This document shows positions 6,666 to 14,352 of a DNA stretch of 24,597 bases, piece after piece (position 1 is the stretch's first letter; every line of letters starts with the position of its first letter). The notes below the pieces were generated by a model. That model had not been told where the DNA came from. It saw nothing but the letters and a program-made list of their open reading frames with translations, and did no database searches. The position numbers and the translations under genes are program-made. The DNA lies in the IMG/VR virus record IMGVR_UViG_3300045580_000408, positions 1 to 24,597 of that record; one strand, 5' to 3'. The stretch comes from a virus. Its lineage: Duplodnaviria > Caudoviricetes.

Positions 6666-7308
6666 TTCGTGGCCGCGTTTTGACGCGGAATGGACATACG
6701 ACGCGAACTTGGGGCGCTACAGGCGCCCTTCAGGGCAATTCATGAGCCAGAAGGCCGTTATGGCGCTTGTGGATGGCCGCATTGACAAGCTCGGCCAGAA
6801 TCTACGACGGTTCACGCAGATGCTGGCTGATGGCAACATCACAATTGATCAATGGCAAGGGAGTGTCCGCGAAGCAATTAAGGCGGCTCATATTCAAGCA
6901 ACAGTGCTTGGGCATGGTGGCAAGGATGGTATGGGTAGCGCAGAGTACGGCCGAATCGGTCAGAGGCTTCGTGCGGAATATACTTATCTTCAGGGTTTTG
7001 CTAGCGATATTTTGGCTGGCCGCGTTTCTCCTGCCATGGCTCTTGCTCGTGTGCAGCTATATGCTGAAAGCGTGCGAAGCTCTTACTGGGAAGGCGCCAG
7101 TCTTCGTCAAGCAAAGCAAGGCTATTCCTTGATGCGGCGCATTTTGGATCCGCAGGCGCAGCATTGTGATGACTGTCTTCGCTACGCGAGGGCTGGTCTT
7201 GTCGCAATGGGAAGCTTGCCAATGCCAGGGCAGCGATGTGAGTGTCGTGCACGATGTCGTTGTTCTGTGGAGTACAAGCGCAACGCAGTGCCGGCGAGTC
7301 CCGTGTGA
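6646..7308 (+). CDS. Head morphogenesis / minor capsid protein (SPP1 gp7 / Mu F-like)
   Basis: Follows the portal; C-terminal HCDDC...PMPGQRCECRARCRC Cys/His cluster. Confidence 0.7.
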   Translation: MLSPLSDSWPRFDAEWTYDANLGRYRRPSGQFMSQKAVMALVDGRIDKLGQNLRRFTQMLADGNITIDQWQGSVREAIKAAHIQATVLGHGGKDGMGSAEYGRIGQRLRAEYTYLQGFASDILAGRVSPAMALARVQLYAESVRSSYWEGASLRQAKQGYSLMRRILDPQAQHCDDCLRYARAGLVAMGSLPMPGQRCECRARCRCSVEYKRNAVPASPV

Positions 7309-7346
7309 AAACTGGGCCTAACATTGCGCAAGACATTGCGCTTTGT

Positions 7347-8558
7347 ATGGCCAAGATTCTTTATTGCGGCGATGCCGCTGTTCAAACCGGCTTTGGGCGG
7401 GTGGCAGAAAATCTGCTGCCAGAGCTTGCCAAGCACCACGAAATCGTAGTGCTGGCAGTGAACTGGTGGGGCGATCCGCATGATCTGCCTTACAAGATGT
7501 ATCCGGCTATTGCTGGTGGCTCCGATCCGTTTGGCTCCCATCGCCTGCAAGAGTTACTGGTCAAGGAGCGTCCTGACCTTGTGTTTGCGGTGAATGATAT
7601 TTGGATTTTGAACAACCTCTGGAATGTGGCCAAGCCACTGAAGGAAAAGCTTGGTTTTAAGTGGTATGGCTATTTCCCCACTGACAGTTACGGCTTTTTC
7701 CCGGAGGTATTTGAGGCATGTAAGGAGTGGGATGGTATGGGCACTTACACCGAATTTGGGCTTGAAGAAGTGAGGAAAGCCGGTTGTGAAATGCCGTGCG
7801 ATGTAATTCCTCACGGCATCAATTCATCCACTTTTTTTCCTATCAAAAAGGAAGAAGCGCGGGAAGCTATGGGGCTGCCGCAGGATGCATTCTTTGTATT
7901 TAATGGCAATCGCAACCAGCCACGAAAGCGTATCGATTTGACGATCAAGGCGTTTATTCAGTTTGCGCTTGATAAGCCCGATGCCCGTCTGTGGCTCAAC
8001 ATGGGCAAGAAGGATCAAGGGTGGGATTTGGTCCCATTGTTTAAGCGCATTGCTCGTGATATGGGCTACGACGCCACTGGCAAACTGGTGTTGACCAGTA
8101 AAGATTTTGATGTGACTAATTGCCTGCCAGTTGATCGCTTAAATCTTGTTTATAACTGTGTAGATGTGGGCGTCAATACTTGTATTGGCGAGGGCTGGGG
8201 GCTTGTTAATTTCGAGCACGCCGCTACTGCTACAGCGCAAATTGTCCCGGACCACACGTCACTCAAGGAGATTTTCTACGAAATTCCACGCATCCCCATT
8301 GAAAGCTGGGAGGTTGATTGTAATTACGGCCTTGATCGTGGCGTGCCTTCGGTGGATGGAATGATAACCATTCTCAATCATTACTATGAAAATCGAGACG
8401 ATCTAGATAAGGTGGCTGGCTGGTGCTACAACCGTCTTCAAAGCGAAGAGTATCAATGGGAGAATATTGGTGCGCTCGTGAACGGTATTATCAAGCGCAC
8501 GCTTGAAAAACCTGCTGCTGGCAAAGGGTTCGGAAAGAAAAAAATCCAAGAGGTTTGA
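7347..8558 (+). CDS. GT-B fold glycosyltransferase (GT4-like)
   Basis: N-terminal KILYCGD...TGFGRV, IPHG, NRNQPRKRID and EGWGLVNFE (E-x7-E) motifs; start reassigned to ATG 7347. Confidence 0.9.
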   Translation: MAKILYCGDAAVQTGFGRVAENLLPELAKHHEIVVLAVNWWGDPHDLPYKMYPAIAGGSDPFGSHRLQELLVKERPDLVFAVNDIWILNNLWNVAKPLKEKLGFKWYGYFPTDSYGFFPEVFEACKEWDGMGTYTEFGLEEVRKAGCEMPCDVIPHGINSSTFFPIKKEEAREAMGLPQDAFFVFNGNRNQPRKRIDLTIKAFIQFALDKPDARLWLNMGKKDQGWDLVPLFKRIARDMGYDATGKLVLTSKDFDVTNCLPVDRLNLVYNCVDVGVNTCIGEGWGLVNFEHAATATAQIVPDHTSLKEIFYEIPRIPIESWEVDCNYGLDRGVPSVDGMITILNHYYENRDDLDKVAGWCYNRLQSEEYQWENIGALVNGIIKRTLEKPAAGKGFGKKKIQEV

Positions 8559-9271
8559 TGATGAATTTTTCTTTTCGCAATGGCTCGATGGACGAAATTA
8601 TTTTTCGTCAGGTGTTTAAAGAGAATGAATATGAGTTGGCATCGCTAGAGGGCTACGTGGTCTTTGATATTGGCTGTCACATTGGTTCTTTTGCTGCAAA
8701 GGCTGCTCAATGTGGGGCATCCAGTGTTATTAGTTTTGAGCCCAATCCATCAAATTTCCAGATGGCGCAAAAGAATCTCTCGCAGCTCGACCAATGCGAA
8801 GTACGTAATGTTGCAGTTGGACGCAGTGATGCTTGCGTTCCAATGGTTTTAGATGCAAGCGACAACCCGTCTAACCAGGGTGGTTCTTGTACTGTGACGG
8901 ATCATGGCATTGAAGTGGAAACAGTTTCCCTGGATGACATGATTGAAAAGTTTTCACCAACCATCATCAAGATAGATGCGGAGGGTGCCGAATACCCAAT
9001 TCTTTATACGTGCTCACTTTTAGATCGCGTTGAAACAATTTTTGGTGAATTTCATAATGCCTTGGGCACCCAGTCTATGGGGGTGTTTTTGCTAGACGAC
9101 AACACTCCAAAGTTTCTGGCTGATTTCAAAGGGAAGCTCAATATGCGTTCGTTAGCAGAGTTTTTGAAAGACCAAGGCTTCCGAGTGCTTGTCGACGATA
9201 TTGACGCGAGTATTGGGCATTTCTGGGCATCGAAAACCTTTAATGGCTTAAATGTGGAGGCTCGCCAATAA
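8558..9271 (+). CDS. FkbM-family SAM-dependent methyltransferase
   Basis: VFDIGCHIGSF, SFEPNP, NVAVG, IKIDAEGAE, GEFH motifs. Confidence 0.9.
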   Translation: MMNFSFRNGSMDEIIFRQVFKENEYELASLEGYVVFDIGCHIGSFAAKAAQCGASSVISFEPNPSNFQMAQKNLSQLDQCEVRNVAVGRSDACVPMVLDASDNPSNQGGSCTVTDHGIEVETVSLDDMIEKFSPTIIKIDAEGAEYPILYTCSLLDRVETIFGEFHNALGTQSMGVFLLDDNTPKFLADFKGKLNMRSLAEFLKDQGFRVLVDDIDASIGHFWASKTFNGLNVEARQ

Positions 9272-9957
9272 TGAGCAAGCAAAAAGTCAAAGTTGGCATT
9301 CCTACTTTACATTGCTACGACAAGCTTATTCGCTTATGTAATCATTTACTAAATGATGAGCACCCTTGTATTGAAGCCGAAGTGCTGATATTGGATAATG
9401 GTGGGCGAATGAAAGACAGTTCAGCAATAGATGCGCTAGTTGAATGCTGTGACTTATCTAAATGGAAAGTAGCAGTGCCGCCACATAATCTTGGCGTGTC
9501 CAAATCTTGGAACTATCTTATTCACCAGCTTGGGCAATGCATCATTGCCAATGATGACGTGGTATTTGGCCTGAACGACATTGCGGCATTTTTAGATGCC
9601 GCAACTGCCAATCCTGGATGCATTTTGCTGGAAACCAATCATTCAATAGGCGGCTTCTCTACGTTCTATGTGAATCGCCCAGAAAGGTGGCTTGACATGG
9701 GAGGCTTTGACGAGCTGTTTGCGCCAGCTTATTTTGAAGATAACGATTGCCGATGGCGGCTATTAGTTGCCGATAATCCGGTGGTGAAAGTGAATCTTCC
9801 GTCGTGGTCTCACGACAACGGAGGAACTCTGTATGCAGGCGATGAGTACTACAAGCGGTTGCACTGGGGCTGTTTTGAGCGGAACAAAGCTTACTACAAG
9901 ACGAAGTGGGGCGGCTTACCTGGCCACGAAGAATTCACCACTCCTTTTGGGAAGTAG
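9271..9957 (+). CDS. GT-A fold glycosyltransferase (GT2-like)
   Basis: VGIPT, ILDNG, NLGVSKSWN, IANDD, GGFDELFAPAYFEDND motifs; TAATG coupling to the upstream gene. Confidence 0.85.
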   Translation: MSKQKVKVGIPTLHCYDKLIRLCNHLLNDEHPCIEAEVLILDNGGRMKDSSAIDALVECCDLSKWKVAVPPHNLGVSKSWNYLIHQLGQCIIANDDVVFGLNDIAAFLDAATANPGCILLETNHSIGGFSTFYVNRPERWLDMGGFDELFAPAYFEDNDCRWRLLVADNPVVKVNLPSWSHDNGGTLYAGDEYYKRLHWGCFERNKAYYKTKWGGLPGHEEFTTPFGK

Positions 9958-9959
9958 TC

Positions 9960-10502
9960 ATGGCACATTGGGAACAACAACTATTCGTTCAGTCTGTCAA
10001 GGCATCCTTCCCATCGTTCTTTAAGGGTGGACGGATTATTGAAATTGGCAGCCTTGATATTAATGGTACTGTGCGCGGGTTCTTTGAAGAACCCGCTGAA
10101 TACATTGGCGTCGATCTTGGCCCTGGTCGTGGCGTAGACGTAGTGTGCGAAGGGCAGGACTATGACGGGGCGACTAATAGTTTTGATGTGGCTATTTCCG
10201 TGGAATGCTTTGAGCACAATCCACATTGGAAAGCAACTTTCTTAAATATGGTGCGCATGGTGCGCGATGAAGGGCTGGTAGTAATGACTTGCGCTACCAC
10301 TGGACGCCCGGAACATGGCACATCGAGGAGCGATGCTGGCAGCAGCCCTTTGACCGTGGGCAAGGGCTGGGAATACTACAAAAACCTCACCGAAGCCGAT
10401 TTCCGGGAGGCCTTTGATATGAACAGCATGTTTGAAGATTATTGTTTTAACGTAAATACAAACAGTCACGATCTGTATTTTTGGGGGCTGGTAAAGAAAT
10501 GA
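9960..10502 (+). CDS. Class I SAM-dependent methyltransferase (type 11-like)
   Basis: IEIGSLDING, YIGVD, GVDVV, FDVAISVECFEH motifs; start reassigned to ATG 9960. Confidence 0.85.
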   Translation: MAHWEQQLFVQSVKASFPSFFKGGRIIEIGSLDINGTVRGFFEEPAEYIGVDLGPGRGVDVVCEGQDYDGATNSFDVAISVECFEHNPHWKATFLNMVRMVRDEGLVVMTCATTGRPEHGTSRSDAGSSPLTVGKGWEYYKNLTEADFREAFDMNSMFEDYCFNVNTNSHDLYFWGLVKK

Positions 10503-10537
10503 CCGCAAAGCAAAAGCAGGCAAAAGTGCGCAACTAA
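10499..10537 (+). pseudogene. Displaced original 5' end of the DUF6496-like gene (MTAKQKQAKVRN*)
   Basis: ATG overlaps the methyltransferase stop (ATGA); aligns without gaps to MSTKEGQRKIR at 11078; ends at the HNH gene stop. Confidence 0.7.
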
Positions 10538-11037
10538 ACGTGCGACCATTGCCTGCTTTTTTCTATGTGGCCAATCGTAGTTCTTGATACACCGAGTGCT
10601 TTTGCGAGCAAGTTTCTTGAGATGCCTGAGTGTTCGCTCAGTATGCATTTAATCGCTGCAACCTGCTCCTCTGTTAATTTCGATCTGCCATTGTTTGATC
10701 CCCGATGGACTTGGTGACGAACGCTATCTTCGCAGTTTTGCTGCGGCGTTCCCCAGGCTAGATTTTCTGCCCTGTTGTCATATCTGTTGCCATTTAAGTG
10801 TCTAACCACTTGAAAATCTTGTGGGTCTCCGTGAAAGGCAGTGCAAACTAGCTTGTGAACTTGCCTTGTTAATCCTTTGCAATCAGGAGGGTATAAGCCC
10901 ACCTTGCCGTATGGTCCCGAAAAGTTGACCTTGAGTAAAATGCGCCTGTTGTTGACATGCTTGCAAACGTTGCCATTGTTGCTGACTTCGTACAAGCCGC
11001 CTGTCTCCCTGATCGACAGCCAAACTTCTTCGCGCAT
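10534..11037 (-). mobile_element. Free-standing NUMOD4-HNH homing endonuclease gene with C-terminal HTH
   Basis: EVWLSI...YEVSNNGNV (NUMOD4), VHKLVCTAF, VRHLNGNRYDNRAENLAWGT..N (HNH), SKLTEEQV...LAKALGVSRTTI (HTH); antisense within the head operon. Confidence 0.9.
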
Positions 11038-11044
11038 AGCAGAG

Positions 11045-11071
11045 ATGCTAAACTGAAAGAAAGTCTAGCAT
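11045..11071. promoter_or_regulatory. Inverted pair of extended -10 promoters (TGCTAAACT on +, TGCTAGACT on -)
   Basis: ATGCTAAACT (11045-11054) and AGTCTAGCAT (11062-11071) form a 9/10 inverted repeat between the divergent HNH and DUF6496-like starts. Confidence 0.5.
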
Positions 11072-11077
11072 GTCGAC

Positions 11078-11416
11078 ATGAGTACAAAGGAAGGGCAACG
11101 TAAAATCAGGCGTGTTCTGGGAGAATTCAAGGCTGGCACGCTGAAAAGCAGCGATGGCAAGCCTGTAAAGAGCCGTCAACAGGCCATTGCAATTGCTCTT
11201 AGCGAAGCGGGAATGAGCAAGAAGGATAAGAGTGATAACTATTGGGACGCCTACATCGACACCATGTGTGGCTCCATGAGCAAGGAAGGCATGGAAGAGG
11301 AGGAAGAAGGAGAAAAGGAGGAAGAGGAGAACATGGATGCCAGTGCTGCCGAGGCTCGCTGCAAAGGCTATTTGTCTTCGCTTAAAAAGGGAAAAAGAGC
11401 TGAGGGGCGACGCTGA
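11078..11416 (+). CDS. DUF6496-like small protein with acidic tract
   Basis: KIRRVLGEFKAGTLKSSDGKPVKSRQQAIAIALSEAG motif followed by poly-Glu. Confidence 0.75.
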   Translation: MSTKEGQRKIRRVLGEFKAGTLKSSDGKPVKSRQQAIAIALSEAGMSKKDKSDNYWDAYIDTMCGSMSKEGMEEEEEGEKEEEENMDASAAEARCKGYLSSLKKGKRAEGRR

Positions 11417-11744
11417 AGGTTTCGTCCCTCCCCAGGCTGTAATAAATGCTGCCCGGCGTGGATTGGAGCTGCGCCGCAAGCACAAGAAGGGTGGCTTGAC
11501 CACTGCAGAAGCGGGCAAGCAAGGCATTGGTAGTGGTGTGGCAAGAGCCACAAGCCTTGCCAATGGCATGAAGGTGAGCGGAGCCACGCTACGTCGAATG
11601 GTGGCGTTTTTCTCGCGTCACGAGAAAAACAAAAGTGGCGGCGAAGATGATGCCGGGTACATTGCTTGGCTTCTGTGGGGAGGTGATGCCGGGAGGGCGT
11701 GGGCAACACGCACTCTTAAGATGTTGGAAAGCCGTTCAACATAA
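11337..11744 (+). CDS. Conserved phage head-region protein (PP...A.RGL...GVARA..L...RM..FFSRH...IAWLLWGG domain)
   Basis: Motif recognisable from phage head modules; GAGGAG SD 7 nt before ATG 11337; overlaps the previous ORF by 80 nt, so the start is uncertain. Confidence 0.7.
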   Translation: MPVLPRLAAKAICLRLKREKELRGDAEGFVPPQAVINAARRGLELRRKHKKGGLTTAEAGKQGIGSGVARATSLANGMKVSGATLRRMVAFFSRHEKNKSGGEDDAGYIAWLLWGGDAGRAWATRTLKMLESRST

Positions 11745-11746
11745 CA

Positions 11747-12061
11747 ATGGAAGGCGTTCGGATGGTGCGCGAAGAAGAAGACGGCATCAATGTGATGCAG
11801 GCATTGCAAATTCTGTCTCGCAATGCCCATCGCAACACTTCTCGATGGGAATTTGTTGAGAAGCAGGTGTTCAAGAACGGGCGCTTGGAAGAGACGCACG
11901 AATATGTAGTGAGCGTCTATGACCTACCAGAGGCTGAGTTTGAGCCTGCCAAGTTTCTGGTGTTTGAGGCTATTGCAATGGCGAAGGCTTACATCATGGA
12001 AGACCTTGAGGTTCAATTGGCATCAATCAGAGGCGAAGATGATGAAGACGATGAAGACTGA
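11747..12061 (+). CDS. Hypothetical protein with acidic C-terminus (C-terminus supplied by the inserted element)
   Basis: 104-aa ORF in operon position; last ~23 codons duplicated at 12731-12805. Confidence 0.75.
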   Translation: MEGVRMVREEEDGINVMQALQILSRNAHRNTSRWEFVEKQVFKNGRLEETHEYVVSVYDLPEAEFEPAKFLVFEAIAMAKAYIMEDLEVQLASIRGEDDEDDED

Positions 12062-12705
12062 CAAATAGATGCAGTCCAGCCTTTGTAGGATCGGCGCTTT
12101 CCAAGCGCAACGTTGCGAAGAGCGGAGGCATCAAGGTTCCTTTCGTCGCAGAACAATCGCATGTTAAGTGGACAATGTGCGATCCCTTCTGGCGAGAGTA
12201 GCTCTATTTTGTGTTTTTTGTTGGATGCAAATGCTTTCTTGATTTTTTCTTCGTCCGAATCTTGTTGACCAGTTCTGCTCTTGTTGCCTAGTCCATTCTT
12301 TTTTCCAATGCAATGCTTATTGCCCATCTTTGCGGCGGACATTTTGGAGATTGAGTCCACAGAGTGCTTTCTACCTTTTAACGCACGACTAATCTTGGAC
12401 TTGTGCTCTGCAGTTTTGGGAGATCCTTCTGTGCTGAATCCCGCTGAAGTTTGCCTGCTTTGATTGGCGAAGTGAGGATTTTGCGCGACATTAAAGAAAA
12501 TGTGTAACGCAATTTCAGCTTCCAATGCAGACTTTCGCGAACTGAAGCATTCAAGGATAATTTTGCAAGTCGGTTGAAATGTTTTGTCGTGGTAAGAGCC
12601 AAAATATTCGACATCTTGCTCGGGCGAACAATCGCAACTTCGGACGCCTATGTACCCTCTGCCCCAAGGCTCGTATGAGTAGTACACGTAGTGAAAACGC
12701 TTCAT
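12013..12705 (-). mobile_element. Free-standing GIY-YIG homing endonuclease gene with NUMOD3 repeats
   Basis: HYVY...GYIG...YFGS, ALEAE...FAN catalytic-domain pattern; KTAEHKSKISRALKG and KHSVDSISKMSAAKMG NUMOD3-like repeats; C-terminal HTH-like domain. Confidence 0.88.
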
Positions 12706-12730
12706 GTCACCGCTAAGACCACAGCAATTC

Positions 12731-12805
12731 TACATCATGGAGGGGATTGAAGAGCAGCTTGCTTCAATTCGTGACGAAGATGACGACGAGGAAGACGAGG
12801 ACTAA
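12731..12805 (+). pseudogene. Displaced original 3' end of the 11747 gene (YIMEGIEEQLASIRDEDDDEEDED*)
   Basis: Begins with an exact TACATCATGGA repeat of 11990-12000; aligns to YIMEDLEVQLASIRGEDDEDDED*; its TAA overlaps the stop of the convergent HTH gene. Confidence 0.85.
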
Positions 12806-13092
12806 TCCTGCGTCGCGTGAACCACAAATGACGGGTAGCCCATCAGCCACAGCACGCTGAGCTGAAACACGCCGCTCATCACTTTAATTTGAGCAATGTC
12901 TGGCGAAAGAATGCCTGTTTCTATACGAGATACTGTTGCTTGATCGCAATAGAGAATTTCTGCCAAGGCGCGTTGCGAAAGGCCGCAACCGAGGCGAGCT
13001 TCCCGCACTCGGGAACCAATGAGGAGCTTGGCTTCAGAGAGGGAGCTTTGCGGACTTTTAACTTTACGCGCTGTCAGTCTTTTTTGCGTCAT
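12802..13092 (-). CDS. XRE/Cro-family helix-turn-helix regulator
   Basis: IGSRVREARL..GLSQRALAEIL..DQATVSRIETG...P...LWLMG. Confidence 0.88.
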   Translation of the reverse strand: MTQKRLTARKVKSPQSSLSEAKLLIGSRVREARLGCGLSQRALAEILYCDQATVSRIETGILSPDIAQIKVMSGVFQLSVLWLMGYPSFVVHATQD

Positions 13093-13101
13093 TCCATGCA
13101 G

Positions 13102-13127
13102 AATAGCATAGTTACTACTATACTATT
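13102..13127. promoter_or_regulatory. Inverted repeat / divergent promoter-operator region
   Basis: AATAGCATAGT-TACT-ACTATACTATT (10/11 inverted match) between the XRE gene and the capsid operon; contains TATACT (+) and TATGCT (-) hexamers. Confidence 0.5.
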
Positions 13128-13152
13128 GAATTGAAGCCCCTACAGTATATGT

Positions 13153-14349
13153 ATGAGCACCACATCTTGTCGGTACGACGTTTCTCCTATTGAGAAATAT
13201 GAAATGACACCTGAAGGTTATCTTCGGGTGTGGGCTTCAATTGCTCGTACCGGCATTCAGCATTACACTGATGCTGACGGTTCAATCAGGAAGGAATTCC
13301 GTCCTGAAACTGAAGTGGCGTCTCCAGAAAGCCTTGCCTCATTTGCGGGGAAGGCCATCACTATGGAACATCCTCCTGTCCTTCTGGATAGCGAGAACAC
13401 CAAGAATTACCAAATTGGTTTCACTGGTTCTGAGATTGTTTATGACAATGGCTTTGTTAAAGCCGTTATGACAGTCACTGATCGAGAGACAATTGACAAG
13501 GTGATGCGCGGTGATGTTCGCGAAGTGAGCGCTGGCTATCGAGTCAATTATGACCCGACGCCTGGCGTTACCGATAGCGGTGAGCATTACGACGGCATCC
13601 AAAAGGAGATCAGTGGTAATCACGTTGCTATCGTTCGTCGAGGCCGAGCTGGCCCGCAGGTAAGGCTGCATTTGGATCGCCTAGATGCCGCTGACCCATC
13701 CTTAATTACTCATAATGAGGATCCATCTATGACTGCTAAGGTCAATTTTGATGGCGCCGAGTTTGAGGTGAGCGAGAGCGTTGCTCTGGCGATCACCAAA
13801 GAACGAGAAGACGCCAAGATGTCCTACGAGGGCATGAAGAAAAAGTATGACGAGCTGCAGGCTGCTGCTGACGCCATGAAGTCCGAAATGGACGCCATGG
13901 AAGAAAGCATGAAGGGCAAAATGGATTCCGCTGAAGGGCGGGCCGATGCTCTGGCCGAGCAAGTCGAGTCTCTGAAGGTTGAACTGGAAGAAGCTAAGCA
14001 AATCAACGTTGATTCCATCGTTGAAGAGCGCCTGGCCCTCATCTCCAAGGCTAAGCCCGTGCTGGATTCCGCCTATGAATTCACCGGCAAGAGCGACCGC
14101 GAGGTGATGGTGGATGCCATTCAGGCAGTTCGCGGCGATTCTGTTGCACTGGACGAGCGTTCCGACGACTACGTGCAGGCAATGTTCGACACCATTTCTG
14201 AAGATGCTGCCAGCCGCTCTGATTCCACCGAGAATCTTCGCAAGGCTGTGGCTTCTATCGCCACCCCTGCTTCCGCACCTTCTTCTTACATGGAGAAGCT
14301 GCAGAATGCCTGGAAGTCCCCTCTCTCCATTTCTAAGGAGGCTAAGTAA
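13153..14349 (+). CDS. DUF2213-family prohead protease / scaffold fusion
   Basis: TPEGYL...IARTGIQ.Y, SLASFAGK.IT.EHP, EVSAGY, NHVAIV.RGRAG; coiled-coil acidic C-terminal half. Confidence 0.9.
   Translation: MSTTSCRYDVSPIEKYEMTPEGYLRVWASIARTGIQHYTDADGSIRKEFRPETEVASPESLASFAGKAITMEHPPVLLDSENTKNYQIGFTGSEIVYDNGFVKAVMTVTDRETIDKVMRGDVREVSAGYRVNYDPTPGVTDSGEHYDGIQKEISGNHVAIVRRGRAGPQVRLHLDRLDAADPSLITHNEDPSMTAKVNFDGAEFEVSESVALAITKEREDAKMSYEGMKKKYDELQAAADAMKSEMDAMEESMKGKMDSAEGRADALAEQVESLKVELEEAKQINVDSIVEERLALISKAKPVLDSAYEFTGKSDREVMVDAIQAVRGDSVALDERSDDYVQAMFDTISEDAASRSDSTENLRKAVASIATPASAPSSYMEKLQNAWKSPLSISKEAK
13729..14349 (+). CDS. Putative nested in-frame scaffold protein
   Basis: GAGGA SD at 13717-13721 before in-frame ATG 13729 (MTAKVNFDGAEFEV) at the protease/scaffold boundary, as in lambda C/Nu3. 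Confidence 0.55.
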   Translation: MTAKVNFDGAEFEVSESVALAITKEREDAKMSYEGMKKKYDELQAAADAMKSEMDAMEESMKGKMDSAEGRADALAEQVESLKVELEEAKQINVDSIVEERLALISKAKPVLDSAYEFTGKSDREVMVDAIQAVRGDSVALDERSDDYVQAMFDTISEDAASRSDSTENLRKAVASIATPASAPSSYMEKLQNAWKSPLSISKEAK

Positions 14350-14352
14350 TCC

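Noticed and set aside
10534-12705. Endonucleases as group I intron- or intein-encoded
   Set aside because: Both are antisense to the interrupted genes, flanks are too short for a ribozyme core, and there are no intein splice motifs; the gene-end duplications explain the rescue.
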